From positions 38,626,001-38,690,000 of the forward strand of contig OZ024741.1 of NCBI GenBank assembly GCA_964016885.1: a DNA stretch of 64,000 nucleotides, written 5' to 3'. How positions within the stretch are numbered: position 1 is the stretch's first letter; each line of letters opens with the position of its first letter. Source of the DNA: Eledone cirrhosa. Its lineage: Eukaryota. A program made the translations under genes and the position numbers. This document shows, piece by piece, positions 63,507 through 64,000 of this stretch. The notes under the pieces were generated by a model that saw only the letters and a list, made by a program, of their open reading frames with translations, was not told where the DNA came from and did not search any database.

Positions 63507-63814
63507 AGAAAAAAAGATGAAATCGAAAATGCAACTGGAGTCTTATTTTAAAAAATATATATATTTATTTGGTTCCTTTACCGGTTTCGCAGTTCTTCTG
63601 CTTTTCAAAAGTAGAGTTGAGATGGAGGGTCTGTGGTTTTTCAACTCTACTTTTGAAAAGCAGAAGAACTGCGAAACCGGTAAAGGCACCAAATAAATAT
63701 ATATATTTTTTAAAATAAGACTCCAGTTGCATTTTCGATTTCATCTTTTTTTCTTTATACTTTCACTCGTGTAGGACACCTCGGTTATTTTTCATTTTGT
63801 TAAAAGATCCTCAC

Positions 63815-63821
<7 letters not shown>
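63507..63821. mobile_element. Family F fold-back with two divergent HHRs (63576-63611 -, 63650-63685 +)
   Basis: Arms 63507-63620 and 63641-63754 with a 20-nt spacer. Confidence 0.85.
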
Positions 63822-63875
<54 letters not shown>

Positions 63876-64000
63876 GAGATATCCACGGTAAGTTGTGGGG
63901 TCCAGTCTGTATGAAGAACTCAATGTAATCCTTATGTTGAAAATGTTGTAGGTTAAAATAAATCCCGGAAAACAATAAAACATTAAAAGGAAAACAGAGT

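Overview
AT-rich, microsatellite-saturated eukaryotic repetitive DNA with no recognisable host gene. The SINE content and (TA)n/(CA)n/(CT)n load suggest an octopus/cephalopod genome (inference). Almost all ORFs in the track are translations of simple repeats. Real coding sequence is all transposon-derived. It includes three Penelope-like element (PLE) families: an intact 758-aa Neptune-type RT+GIY-YIG ORF at 26463-28739, a Naiad-like element with an inverted 3' copy at 17871-22630, and a third fragmented family. There is also a decayed R4/Dong-like LINE, plus CRE, RTE, Ingi/Vingi-like and mariner fragments, MITEs and many tRNA-derived SINEs. The signal the ORF track misses is RNA-level. Reading both strands by eye gives about 30 type-I hammerhead ribozyme (HHR) motifs or half-motifs from about 10 unrelated sequence families, many with non-canonical cores (U3-A8, A4, U.U or A.A at 10.1/11.1, greatly expanded stem II). 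Three families are ORF-less 310-430 nt monomers with one HHR each, inserted in or beside (TA)n arrays as more-than-unit-length copies, mostly with an inverted arm. These look like PLE-mobilised, retrozyme-like circular RNAs. Several insertions fold back at or inside the ribozyme. All structures were derived manually; no folding or database searches were run.
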